From: a virus
Length of the DNA stretch: 64,000 nucleotides
Virus record (IMG/VR): IMGVR_UViG_3300031992_000005
Coordinates: 128,001-192,000 of that record
Direction: 5' to 3' (one strand)
The notes below the pieces were generated by a model. That model did not search any database, had not been told where the DNA came from, and saw only the letters and a program-made list of their open reading frames with translations. Shown piece by piece: positions 18,799 to 27,706 of this stretch. Numbering within the stretch: position 1 is the first letter of the stretch; each line of letters opens with the position of its first letter. A program made the translations under genes and the position numbers.

Positions 18799-19246
18799 TG
18801 AAAGATTAATCCGACTTGTTAGATCAAGAGGACATAAGAGCGATTGGCCAGAAGCAGTGTGGGATATGAAACAGAGAATTCTAGAACAACATCTAGGGTT
18901 TCCTGGACTTGGTGATCCACACCTATCTATCCTCGAATTCTCCAAAATACAAGAAGGAGATCTCTTTATCTGGGATCCTTATCTGGAGTCTAGTGAAAGA
19001 GGTGATGCTGCTCCCACTATGTATAAATTACTCCCAGGAAATATGGGGTATGTTGAGGGAATTGGCTGTGGATTAGATATGGATAGAGATCCATCCAGAA
19101 CTCTCATTCGGTGGGGTGATACTGTTAAACTCCCGGACATAGATCCTATGGAATTAGTAATGCGAGTTGACGTTAAACCCTCATTAATAACAGGAGGTCC
19201 TGGATATTACTATTTCTACAAAGCTTATAGAGATTGGAGATATTAA
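18788..19246 (+). CDS. hypothetical protein
   Basis: Track ORF. Confidence 0.5.
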   Translation: MINDERLIRLVRSRGHKSDWPEAVWDMKQRILEQHLGFPGLGDPHLSILEFSKIQEGDLFIWDPYLESSERGDAAPTMYKLLPGNMGYVEGIGCGLDMDRDPSRTLIRWGDTVKLPDIDPMELVMRVDVKPSLITGGPGYYYFYKAYRDWRY

Positions 19247-19264
19247 CTTAATAATTTTAAGATT

Positions 19265-19894
19265 ATGAAAAAGAATTTGTTTTTAGGTTTCTTGCTTGCG
19301 ATAGCTTGCATTATGACCACGGGCTGTTCCTCTTGTAAGTCCGAAAATAAGAATCAGGAGATTAGCGAAGTAAAAACATTGGAACTTGTACCTGAAAATG
19401 TTATCAGTGCAGACCGTGAAGTAATGTATTTCCGTACACCAAAGGGATCGGATCTTAGGTGGATGGAATCTACAGCTGTATCAACTGCTTTCCTTACAGA
19501 TGATAGCGCAGCTGATGCTACATTCATGGAAGTAACTAATAGTTTTCAGACAGTAACTTGGTATGAGACTAGTGGTGATTCAAAGGTTACTATCATTACT
19601 ACCAATACAATGACAACTGATTCCCTCGTAACTAGTGGCTTTTTCCTAGATGATGAACCACTTAATGAGAAGGAAATCGTCCTGACATTCGCAGAAGCAC
19701 GTGAAGCAGCTCTTAAGGCAAATTGTCCAAAGCCTCAGACTCGTATCTGCGTCCTACGTTGTCCAATTGGTCCATATGATGTAGAAGATGCATACTACAT
19801 CTTTGGTAATGGTGATGAAGATACACCTATGATCTATGTAAATTCTCGTACTGGCGAAGTACTTACTCAAGATCCATCTTATATTAAACCTTAA
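19265..19894 (+). CDS. putative lipoprotein
   Basis: MKKNLFLGFLLAIACIMTTGCSSC: signal peptide plus a lipobox-like TTGC. Confidence 0.6.
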   Translation: MKKNLFLGFLLAIACIMTTGCSSCKSENKNQEISEVKTLELVPENVISADREVMYFRTPKGSDLRWMESTAVSTAFLTDDSAADATFMEVTNSFQTVTWYETSGDSKVTIITTNTMTTDSLVTSGFFLDDEPLNEKEIVLTFAEAREAALKANCPKPQTRICVLRCPIGPYDVEDAYYIFGNGDEDTPMIYVNSRTGEVLTQDPSYIKP

Positions 19895-19904
19895 ATAGAA
19901 CTTT

Positions 19905-19932
19905 CCTAGAGTGATGAAAATTTCACTCTAGG
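19905..19932 (+). terminator. intrinsic-terminator-like hairpin
   Basis: 10-bp stem cctagagtga/tcactctagg followed by attttattttt. Confidence 0.65.
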
Positions 19933-19952
19933 ATTTTATTTTTACTTAAATT

Positions 19953-21467
19953 ATGAATGTAAATGATAGTTTTTCCCATAAACTTGGGGGAGATACACTG
20001 AATGAGTATATTTATTCAAATGTGAAGAAGAAGGTGAAGGAGGATAAGTTTCCTGCTAAGAATAGTAGAGACCTAATTGGAGATGGTGTAGTAGATGAGG
20101 ATATGGGCGAAGCTATAGAGCCAATTGATCCTATTAGGTTTGTTGCAAAGGTTAACGTAACTGACACATCAAGTCCTACTAAACTGTTTAATAATCCAAG
20201 TAATCTGGCGGCAATCGAGATAGATGGTGTTGTGTATGAAGGTAATGATATATCTAGTAATCTTAATCATACCTTTGATAGTGTTGGAATACATACAGTG
20301 AAGTATACACTTAAAGATGGAATGACTACTATTAATGATGGCAGTTGTTTTCAATTTATAACTGCCTTAGTTAGTATAACAATACCAGAAAGTATTACTA
20401 GTATTGGTGGTGGTGCATTTAGTAGTTGTTATTCTTTATCTTCCGTTACAATTCCTGGTTCAGTTACTAGTATTGGTAGTGGTGCATTTGGTAGTTGTAC
20501 TTCCTTAACCTCTATTACAATCCCTGGTTCAGTTACTGAGATTGGTGGTAGTGCATTTAGTGGTTGTACTAATTTAACAAATGTAGTAGTAAGTGATTAT
20601 GAAGGTGGTAATACAACTATTACTAATGCTGCATTTTCAGGTTGTACTGGATTAGTTTCCCTGATTTTGGGAAATTCCGTGACAACTATTACTAATTCAG
20701 CATTTGCTAGTTGCGCTGGACTGGTTTCCTTGACATTGGAAAATTCCGTGACAACTATTAGTAATGGTGCATTTAATGGTTGTATTAGTTTAGCTAAAGT
20801 TAATATTCCCAATTCTGTTATTAATCTTAGTAATAGTCCATTTGCAGGTTGTATTCGACTGACTAGATTAACAATACCTAGTTCCGTTGTTCATTTAAAT
20901 AATATTGGAGGACATTTTAAGTTTAATGATATTAAATTTAGAACAATTAATCCGGATGCTGATTTTACCCGTGATGCTACAAATAAAGTAATCCTTGATA
21001 AGACGGGTACTATATTATTATGGGGATTCGAAGATACAGTAGCAATTCCGAATACAGTAACTAGTATTGGTCAGAGAGCATTTAGTGATTGTACTTCTCT
21101 AACTTCCATTACAATACCAGATTCAGTAACTAGTATTGGTGAGTATGCATTTCAGAAGTGTACCTCCCTAACTTCTATTACAATTCCTAGTTCAGTTACT
21201 AGTATTGGTGGTAGTGCATTTTATAATTGTACTTCCCTAACCTCTATTACTATTCCAGGTTCAGTTACTAGTATTGGTAGTCAAGCATTTTATAGTTGTA
21301 CTTCTCTAATTTCTATAACATCATTAGCGACAACTGCTCCGACGATTAGCTCTTATACTTTTTGGGAAATCAAATCTAATGGTACTCTAACAGTCCCTGC
21401 CGGTTCTACAGGTTACGATGCCTGGATGGAACAATTACCTAGTGGTTGGACTCTAGTTGAGCAATAA
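19953..21467 (+). CDS. BspA-type leucine-rich-repeat protein (fibre/receptor-binding candidate), class-I N-terminal module
   Basis: At least 12 repeats of about 23 aa of the type ITIPxSVTSIGxxAFxxCTSLTS. Its N-terminal 45 aa or so are shared with ORFs 25309 and 27707. Confidence 0.8.
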   Translation: MNVNDSFSHKLGGDTLNEYIYSNVKKKVKEDKFPAKNSRDLIGDGVVDEDMGEAIEPIDPIRFVAKVNVTDTSSPTKLFNNPSNLAAIEIDGVVYEGNDISSNLNHTFDSVGIHTVKYTLKDGMTTINDGSCFQFITALVSITIPESITSIGGGAFSSCYSLSSVTIPGSVTSIGSGAFGSCTSLTSITIPGSVTEIGGSAFSGCTNLTNVVVSDYEGGNTTITNAAFSGCTGLVSLILGNSVTTITNSAFASCAGLVSLTLENSVTTISNGAFNGCISLAKVNIPNSVINLSNSPFAGCIRLTRLTIPSSVVHLNNIGGHFKFNDIKFRTINPDADFTRDATNKVILDKTGTILLWGFEDTVAIPNTVTSIGQRAFSDCTSLTSITIPDSVTSIGEYAFQKCTSLTSITIPSSVTSIGGSAFYNCTSLTSITIPGSVTSIGSQAFYSCTSLISITSLATTAPTISSYTFWEIKSNGTLTVPAGSTGYDAWMEQLPSGWTLVEQ

Positions 21468-21481
21468 TTTAATTTTAACAT

Positions 21482-22153
21482 ATGATAATTAAAAAGAGGC
21501 AGGTGGGTATAGATAGGATGATAACATTAAATCCCGTTCTTGGTTGTCCGATTGGCTGTCCTTATTGTTATGCCAGGAAGATGAATCAGAGATTTAAGTT
21601 TACGCCAGACTTTTCTATACCTACTAAGATGCCTAATGCCCTGAATAGGTTAAAGACTATTCATAACAAAGATATATTCATGACCTCCATGTCAGATTTC
21701 AGTTATTGGGATCCGGAGTGGAGAGAGCAAGTTTTTGAAGAAATGAAGAAAAATACTAGTAACCAATACTTATTCCTAACAAAGAACCCAAAAGGCTTAG
21801 CAGGTTTTGACTGCTCTACCTTCCCGAATGTTTGGATAGGCGTGACGGTTACTAGGAATATGGATTTACATAGATTAACTGAAATCCTAAGTTCAGTTAA
21901 GGCTAGACATTATTGGATTACTTTCGAGCCACTTCATGAAGATATTAACCCAATTCCCCTTAATGTAAAGAAGAGGTTTGATTGGATCGTAATTGGAGAT
22001 GAAACGGGTAATAGAGCGGGGAAGATTGTGGCAAAGGATAGTTGGATTTTGAACCTGGCCAATCAATTCCCTAATACACCTGTTTGTATGAAGGAAAGAC
22101 TACAAGATAGCCTTGGTGATGAGTGGAGAAACGAATATCCTAGCGAGTTTTAA
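21482..22153 (+). CDS. DUF5131 (phage Gp37/Gp68 family)-like protein with a CX3CX2C cluster
   Basis: The N-terminus ITLNPVLGCPIGCPYCYARKM matches the Gp37/Gp68 signature (NP..GC....GC..CYA). Confidence 0.5.
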   Translation: MIIKKRQVGIDRMITLNPVLGCPIGCPYCYARKMNQRFKFTPDFSIPTKMPNALNRLKTIHNKDIFMTSMSDFSYWDPEWREQVFEEMKKNTSNQYLFLTKNPKGLAGFDCSTFPNVWIGVTVTRNMDLHRLTEILSSVKARHYWITFEPLHEDINPIPLNVKKRFDWIVIGDETGNRAGKIVAKDSWILNLANQFPNTPVCMKERLQDSLGDEWRNEYPSEF

Positions 22154-22157
22154 GAAA

Positions 22158-22868
22158 ATGGTAATATTCAGAGAGCTTGATTTTAAAAAAGTATTAAGCT
22201 ATGTAAAACAGTATAAGTCAGTCCCTGTTTTTGCCTTTACTTACAAAGGAGGAGTGACTTCAACTGGTTTATGGATGGAAGGGAACTATACTCCAGATAT
22301 GAAGGAGTTTGTGAAAGGACTTTTGGAGAAATTTGATTATCAATTCTGTTATGGTTGGGTAAACGAAACTATATATAAGTTTTGTGATGTATATTCTTTG
22401 ATTGATCCAGAGAAAAGACAACCTGGAGATAAAGTGAAGTTATTGTTCCAGCCGACGGGGAGAGTTAAGCTTACGCCTCTTACTGAATTTAAACCAGAAC
22501 ATTTCTTATTTCACTGTACAAGCAAAGAAAATTTAAAGTCCATTCAGGATAATGGTTTAATACCTATGGCGAGAGATAGGGGATACAAATACCCACCTCT
22601 TGTGCATCTGTTAATTAAGCCGTACCACATGGTGAGTCTCTCTGGAAATAAATTGGTCGGTGTAAGTAATTGGAAAACAGACTTAATTTTATTTAAAGTT
22701 AATCCTAATAATTATAAGTTTATGCCGGATCCTGCTTTTGAGTGGGGGCTAATTACGAAAGATAGAATCTTACCAGAGGATATCGAATTAATTTCACCAA
22801 AAGAATATAAGTATTATTTTAATTATAATAACTACGATAATACTCTTTTGACAAAAGTTAGATTATAA
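22158..22868 (+). CDS. protein with a Tpt1/KptA-like (ADP-ribosyltransferase-fold) C-terminal region
   Basis: FLFHCTSKENLKSIQDNGLIPMARDR...PLVHLL...LILFKVN...ILPEDIELI resembles the HGT..l..I...GL...R..VHL pattern of RNA 2'-phosphotransferases. The track start is 22113; the ATG at 22158 follows the upstream stop. Confidence 0.3.
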   Translation: MVIFRELDFKKVLSYVKQYKSVPVFAFTYKGGVTSTGLWMEGNYTPDMKEFVKGLLEKFDYQFCYGWVNETIYKFCDVYSLIDPEKRQPGDKVKLLFQPTGRVKLTPLTEFKPEHFLFHCTSKENLKSIQDNGLIPMARDRGYKYPPLVHLLIKPYHMVSLSGNKLVGVSNWKTDLILFKVNPNNYKFMPDPAFEWGLITKDRILPEDIELISPKEYKYYFNYNNYDNTLLTKVRL

Positions 22869-23971
22869 TGAGTGATTTTAGGAGAAGAACAGTTATAGCG
22901 AAAAAGCCTTATGATGCTGAGATTGAGTATTTGGAGACTACTGGAACACAATGGATCGATACACTAATTGTCCCTACAGTAAACGAGAATACTGAAGTAA
23001 TTGCAATTGTTTGTCCAACAGCTACAGGTTCATACTATTTTGGTTCTAATTTTAACTTAAATGTTCAAGCATCGACGGAAGGATGGAGAGTAAATGGTTA
23101 TCAGACGGATCATAGTGTTTTGATAGATTCTTTTACAACAATTTCCCTTAAGCAAACTACTTCTGGACGTTATTATAATATAAATAATACAACAGAAGGG
23201 TATGGTAATAAACAAGCGGGTGCAAATAATTTTATAATAGGTGCTTTAGGAGGTGCTGTTGGACAATATAAATTTAAGGGGAAATTTAGAGGTGTTATAA
23301 TTAAAGAGAATGAAATCGTAGTTCGTGATTTAATTCCCGTTAGAATAGGTCAAGTTGGCTATATGTATGACAAAGTAAGTGGTCAACTATTCGGCAATAG
23401 TGGAACGGGGGATTTTGTGTTGGGAGAAGATATTGTAGAGATTGAATATCTTGAGACTACGGGAACTCAGCAGATTATGACGAATTTTGTAGTAGATAAT
23501 ACCATAGATATTGATACTTCTGTTATGTTCTTAGATTTATCCAAACAGTCGAGTATTTGTTTTTCGTTTAATGAAGAGAATAGAACTTGTTTTGGTGTAT
23601 TTAAAAGTGCATCTACTAATATTGGGTTTTACTTTGGTAATAGTAATGCAGTAAATCTATTTACTCCAACAGTTAATACTAAGTATAAATTTTCGACGAA
23701 TAAGAACATATTATATATAAATGATACACGTAAATCTACATTAACAGACAATACATTCGTTGGTTTTACTCCTTTGGGTTTATTGCAAAATAATATTCAA
23801 AATATACAAGCAAGTTTTAGGATGTATTATTTTAAAGCAACCTCCGATAATGGTAATTTAGATTTTAAACCAGTCCGCTTAGGCACCATTGGTTATATGT
23901 ACGATAAAGTTTCCCACCAACTTTTCGGCAATAGTGGCACAGGCAATTTCATTCTTGGTCCCGACTTATAA
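22868..23971 (+). CDS. fibre-like protein made of two tandem homologous halves
   Basis: Both halves begin (A/V)EIEYLETTGTQ and end (I/K)PVR(I/L)G..GYMYDKVS.QLFGNSGTG.F.LG.D. Confidence 0.5.
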   Translation: MSDFRRRTVIAKKPYDAEIEYLETTGTQWIDTLIVPTVNENTEVIAIVCPTATGSYYFGSNFNLNVQASTEGWRVNGYQTDHSVLIDSFTTISLKQTTSGRYYNINNTTEGYGNKQAGANNFIIGALGGAVGQYKFKGKFRGVIIKENEIVVRDLIPVRIGQVGYMYDKVSGQLFGNSGTGDFVLGEDIVEIEYLETTGTQQIMTNFVVDNTIDIDTSVMFLDLSKQSSICFSFNEENRTCFGVFKSASTNIGFYFGNSNAVNLFTPTVNTKYKFSTNKNILYINDTRKSTLTDNTFVGFTPLGLLQNNIQNIQASFRMYYFKATSDNGNLDFKPVRLGTIGYMYDKVSHQLFGNSGTGNFILGPDL

Positions 23972-23985
23972 TCTTGATATAATAT

Positions 23986-25305
23986 ATGAATAGAGATAAA
24001 TATTTCAATCTTTTTGATTCGCACAATGATTATATTAGTGCGAAGAATAATTTAAAGAAGCCAAATATAAGTTATTGTGAGGATGTAGGTGTACTATACA
24101 ATCCTTGGACTTGGGAAGAGGAATATTTAACTACGGAGGCGCTTGAGAGCGGTACGATTTCTTTTGAGATAGGAAAGAATGTAACGGTTAATGACTTAGC
24201 TTCCGTTTCTTATTCCAAAGATTCTGGTGAAACATGGACTACCACAGAAAATACTAGGGGAAGAACAAATACTCTCACAATTTCAGTATCAGTTGTTGCT
24301 GGTGATAATGTAATATGGAAAGGTTCAGGGGATCGAGTATCAGTTGGAGAAGGAATTGGAAGTTATTCTAGGTTTGGAACAACTGGAAATATAAATGTAA
24401 AGGGAAATATAATGTCGCTTATTTATGGCGATGATTATAAGGGCCAGACCGACCTTAGTGGGAAGATTGATTGTTTTACTAAGCTTTTCACAAGTTCTAA
24501 AGTAGTTAGTGCTGAGAATTTATCCTTACCTGCCATGACATTGGAAGAGAATTGTTATAAGAAACTGTTTTCTTCCTGTGGTAGCTTAGTAACGGCACCT
24601 AAACTCCCGGCTACAACATTAGCAACTAACTGTTATAATAGTATATTTGATGGTTGTACTAGTTTAACGTCAGTACCAGAACTTCCTGCTACAACATTAG
24701 CAAGTGGCTGTTATAGTTACATGTTTAGCGATTGCTCCAGTCTTGTTGAAGCCCCAGAATTACCAGCCCTTACCTTAGCAGATAATTGTTATAATGGCAT
24801 GTTTAGTGGATGTTCTGGTCTTATAAAGGCGCCTAGACTTATTGCCAATGAATTAGAGATGGGCTGTTATAGTTCTATGTTCGCTGATTGTACCAGTTTA
24901 GTGGTAGCTCCTAAACTCCCAGCTACAGTAATGGAATGGGGATGCTATACGGAAATGTTCGTAGGCTGTACTAGTTTAGTAGAGGCCCCACAACTTCCAG
25001 CCATGACTTTGGAGGAAGATTGCTATGGCAGTATGTTCATGGATTGTACAAGCCTAGTTAAAGCTCCAGACCTACCTGCTACTGTATTGGCAAATTATTG
25101 CTATATGTCCATGTTCTTTGGATGTACTAGCCTAAATTACATTAAGGTAATGGCAACGAGTATTAATCGAGATGTGCACTTAGGCGAAGAATGGATGGGA
25201 GATGTTCCAGCAACAGGAACATTTGTGAGAAATAAAGATGCAACGTGGCCAATTCAACCTAATTATGGTATTGTGCCACGAGGATGGACCGTAATAAATG
25301 AATAA
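23986..25305 (+). CDS. repeat protein with about 23-aa LPAxTLxxxCYxxMFxGCTSL repeats (second LRR-like class)
   Basis: At least 8 consecutive repeats, for example LPATTLATNCYNSIFDGCTSLTSVPE and LPATTLASGCYSYMFSDCSSLVEAPE. Confidence 0.7.
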   Translation: MNRDKYFNLFDSHNDYISAKNNLKKPNISYCEDVGVLYNPWTWEEEYLTTEALESGTISFEIGKNVTVNDLASVSYSKDSGETWTTTENTRGRTNTLTISVSVVAGDNVIWKGSGDRVSVGEGIGSYSRFGTTGNINVKGNIMSLIYGDDYKGQTDLSGKIDCFTKLFTSSKVVSAENLSLPAMTLEENCYKKLFSSCGSLVTAPKLPATTLATNCYNSIFDGCTSLTSVPELPATTLASGCYSYMFSDCSSLVEAPELPALTLADNCYNGMFSGCSGLIKAPRLIANELEMGCYSSMFADCTSLVVAPKLPATVMEWGCYTEMFVGCTSLVEAPQLPAMTLEEDCYGSMFMDCTSLVKAPDLPATVLANYCYMSMFFGCTSLNYIKVMATSINRDVHLGEEWMGDVPATGTFVRNKDATWPIQPNYGIVPRGWTVINE

Positions 25306-25308
25306 AAT

Positions 25309-26484
25309 ATGAATGTAAATGATTGTTTCTCCCATGAATTAGGTGGAGATACTTTAAGTGAATATATCTATTCAAATGTGAAGAAAAGAACAAAAGGAGA
25401 TTACTTCCCAGCTAAAAATAGCGAAGACCTGATCGGAGAAGGGGGAGGGGGAGATAGTGAAGAACCCATAGAAACTGTACCTAATAATATGATTAGGTAT
25501 TATGCCCCTGAAATATTACCAGAAACAACAAGTAATAAAAATGTAGGAATTCACATTAATGCCTTCAATACTACTGTTATCTCACATACATTTGAAGATG
25601 GGGTTGGTATAGTAGAATTTGAAGGAGATGTAACAGATATTGGAGATAAGGCGTTTTATCAATGTGGAAATATAACAAAATTAGTCTTACCAAAAAGTAT
25701 AACTAGTATTGGGAATAGTTCTATAAGTGGCTGTCAAAAATTAATAAGTATTAATATTCCAAACGGTGTTACTAGTATTGGTGATGGTGCGTTTCATTAT
25801 TGTTGGAGACTGACTAAGATCATAATTCCAACTAGTGTTACTAGTATTGGTAGTAGTGCATTTAGTCAAGATTTTTTTTATGTAGGTAATTTCATTAATA
25901 ACAGTTCTCTTGATGCAGAAGCTAATAACTATTGGAAAGCTACTTTAGCGGATATTGAAATGAACGACGGTATATTAATGAAAAATAATGAAATTGTATT
26001 GTTTAGAGGTAATAATACGGATATTATAATACCTAGTGGTGTAACTAGTATTGGTGAGTATGCATTTAGTGGTGATTCGTATGGTGGTGGTGATCTTGTA
26101 AGCATAACAATACCAAACAGTGTTACAAATATAGCTGCTTCTGCATTTAATACTTGCAAAAGTTTGACTAGTATAACAATTCCTAATTCTGTAACTAGTA
26201 TTGGTTATAATGCATTCGGTGGTTGTAGAAACATGACAGCAGTAGTTATTGGAACTAGTGTAACTGATATGGGTGAAATGGTATTTTGTGATTGTAATAA
26301 TTTATCTAGTGTAACAGTATTAGCTACAACTCCACCCACACTTGGGTCATATCATGGTCAATACTCGAATTTTTCTAATACAAACGATTGCCCTATCTAT
26401 GTTCCAGCTGCCAGTGTAGATGCGTATAAATCTGCCCAAGGCTGGAGTACCTATGCTAGTAGAATTCAAGCAATTTCAGAATAA
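25309..26484 (+). CDS. BspA-type LRR protein, class-I N-terminal module
   Basis: The N-terminus MNVNDCFSHELGGDTLSEYIYSNVKK..FPAKNSEDLIG is nearly identical to that of ORF 19953. Repeats are of the ITIPNSVTSIGxxAF type. Confidence 0.8.
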   Translation: MNVNDCFSHELGGDTLSEYIYSNVKKRTKGDYFPAKNSEDLIGEGGGGDSEEPIETVPNNMIRYYAPEILPETTSNKNVGIHINAFNTTVISHTFEDGVGIVEFEGDVTDIGDKAFYQCGNITKLVLPKSITSIGNSSISGCQKLISINIPNGVTSIGDGAFHYCWRLTKIIIPTSVTSIGSSAFSQDFFYVGNFINNSSLDAEANNYWKATLADIEMNDGILMKNNEIVLFRGNNTDIIIPSGVTSIGEYAFSGDSYGGGDLVSITIPNSVTNIAASAFNTCKSLTSITIPNSVTSIGYNAFGGCRNMTAVVIGTSVTDMGEMVFCDCNNLSSVTVLATTPPTLGSYHGQYSNFSNTNDCPIYVPAASVDAYKSAQGWSTYASRIQAISE

Positions 26485-26488
26485 TTAA

Positions 26489-27058
26489 ATGAAAATACGT
26501 TATATGAATTCCCAGATAGAGTTTCATGAAAAATATATGGATGATTTTTTAAATGCCGATGAAGAAGGCATGAAGATCGCCGTAATGGATCGAACAGAAG
26601 CTCTATATGGTGGAGATTGGACCATAGATAAAGAGTGGTGTGATGAGAATGGAGTACCGTATTCACAAGGTAAACTTATTCAAAATACTGGATGTATTAT
26701 TGCAGTGAAAGGAAACGTTCTTCTTGATATAAAAAAGAAGTTTACTGGTGGGGAGTGTCTTTGTGATATTTTCTCCAAGAAGCTTGTTCAGTATTTTAAA
26801 GACAGGGGCATGAATTCGGTAAGGCAAGATAATAATGATGTATTGGTGGATGACTTTAAGGTTGCTAGTGGTGCTGAGGTTACTTTACCTGGGGGATATC
26901 ATTATATAGCTTACCAGATTTCAATAAATCAGGACCTTGATATAATAAAACACGCTTGCTTAAAGCCAATGGTGAAAGTACCAAAAGCATTAAGTGAGTA
27001 TGGTATTACTACAGAGGAAATGGTTAAGTTTTGTGAAGATTATTGGTTAAATGTTTAA
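26489..27058 (+). CDS. possible lipoate/biotin-protein-ligase-fold (BPL_LplA_LipB-like) protein
   Basis: NNDVLVDDFKVASGAEV...YHYIAYQISINQDLDIIKHA resembles the LplA core (NDl.v.g.KisGsAq....HGtl....dl). This is a weak, by-eye match. Confidence 0.25.
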   Translation: MKIRYMNSQIEFHEKYMDDFLNADEEGMKIAVMDRTEALYGGDWTIDKEWCDENGVPYSQGKLIQNTGCIIAVKGNVLLDIKKKFTGGECLCDIFSKKLVQYFKDRGMNSVRQDNNDVLVDDFKVASGAEVTLPGGYHYIAYQISINQDLDIIKHACLKPMVKVPKALSEYGITTEEMVKFCEDYWLNV

Positions 27059-27701
27059 TTTTGATTATAAAGGTTATAATTTTAGGTGTGATATAGGAAC
27101 AATGACACCCAAACAATATGAAAGACTAATCGATTTATTGGAGGACTTTAAGCCAAGAAATATATGTGAAATGGGTAGTGGTGAGTCTACTAAGATTTTT
27201 GAGAATTATAAATCAAGGACTGGTGCATCACTTTACTCAATCGAACATGATAAATTTTATGCTAGGGGGAATGCAGTTGTGTTTCCCCTAGTAGAAAAAA
27301 TAAACTTTAAAATCGGGGGAATTGATTTTGGAGATTGTTCAATTTATCGTGGCTTTGAAGAATGGCTAGGGTTACAGGGTAAGTTTGATTTAGTCTTTTC
27401 AGATGGGCCAAATGATACGTTGCCATATAATTATAATAACTTAGTTTATTCTAGAATTCAGGTTGTCGATTTTCCTATTCTAGATAAATTAAGTGATAAG
27501 TCTATAGTGATGTATCATGATTGTCAGTTGACAGAAGCAAAAAATACCTTAGAAAAATTTGAAGACGAATTATTAAAACGAGGATTTGCATTTAGTAAGG
27601 AGGAGATTGTTGAGGATAATATGGAAGTTGTTAAATACAATGAGAACATATTAGGCTTTTGCCCTAATCTCTTAATCTATAAATGTAATCGTGAAAATTA
27701 A
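27051..27701 (+). CDS. possible class-I SAM-dependent methyltransferase-like protein
   Basis: NICEMGSGESTKIF (motif I, ExGxGxS) and DLVFSDGP; weak match. Confidence 0.35.
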   Translation: MFNFDYKGYNFRCDIGTMTPKQYERLIDLLEDFKPRNICEMGSGESTKIFENYKSRTGASLYSIEHDKFYARGNAVVFPLVEKINFKIGGIDFGDCSIYRGFEEWLGLQGKFDLVFSDGPNDTLPYNYNNLVYSRIQVVDFPILDKLSDKSIVMYHDCQLTEAKNTLEKFEDELLKRGFAFSKEEIVEDNMEVVKYNENILGFCPNLLIYKCNREN

Positions 27702-27706
27702 TAGCA

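Noticed and set aside
19953-26484. Considered a diversity-generating retroelement targeting the LRR/fibre genes, because of the many near-identical nucleotide repeats.
   Set aside because: No reverse transcriptase gene is present in the window, and there is no template/variable repeat pair with adenine-specific differences. The repeats are the LRR units themselves.
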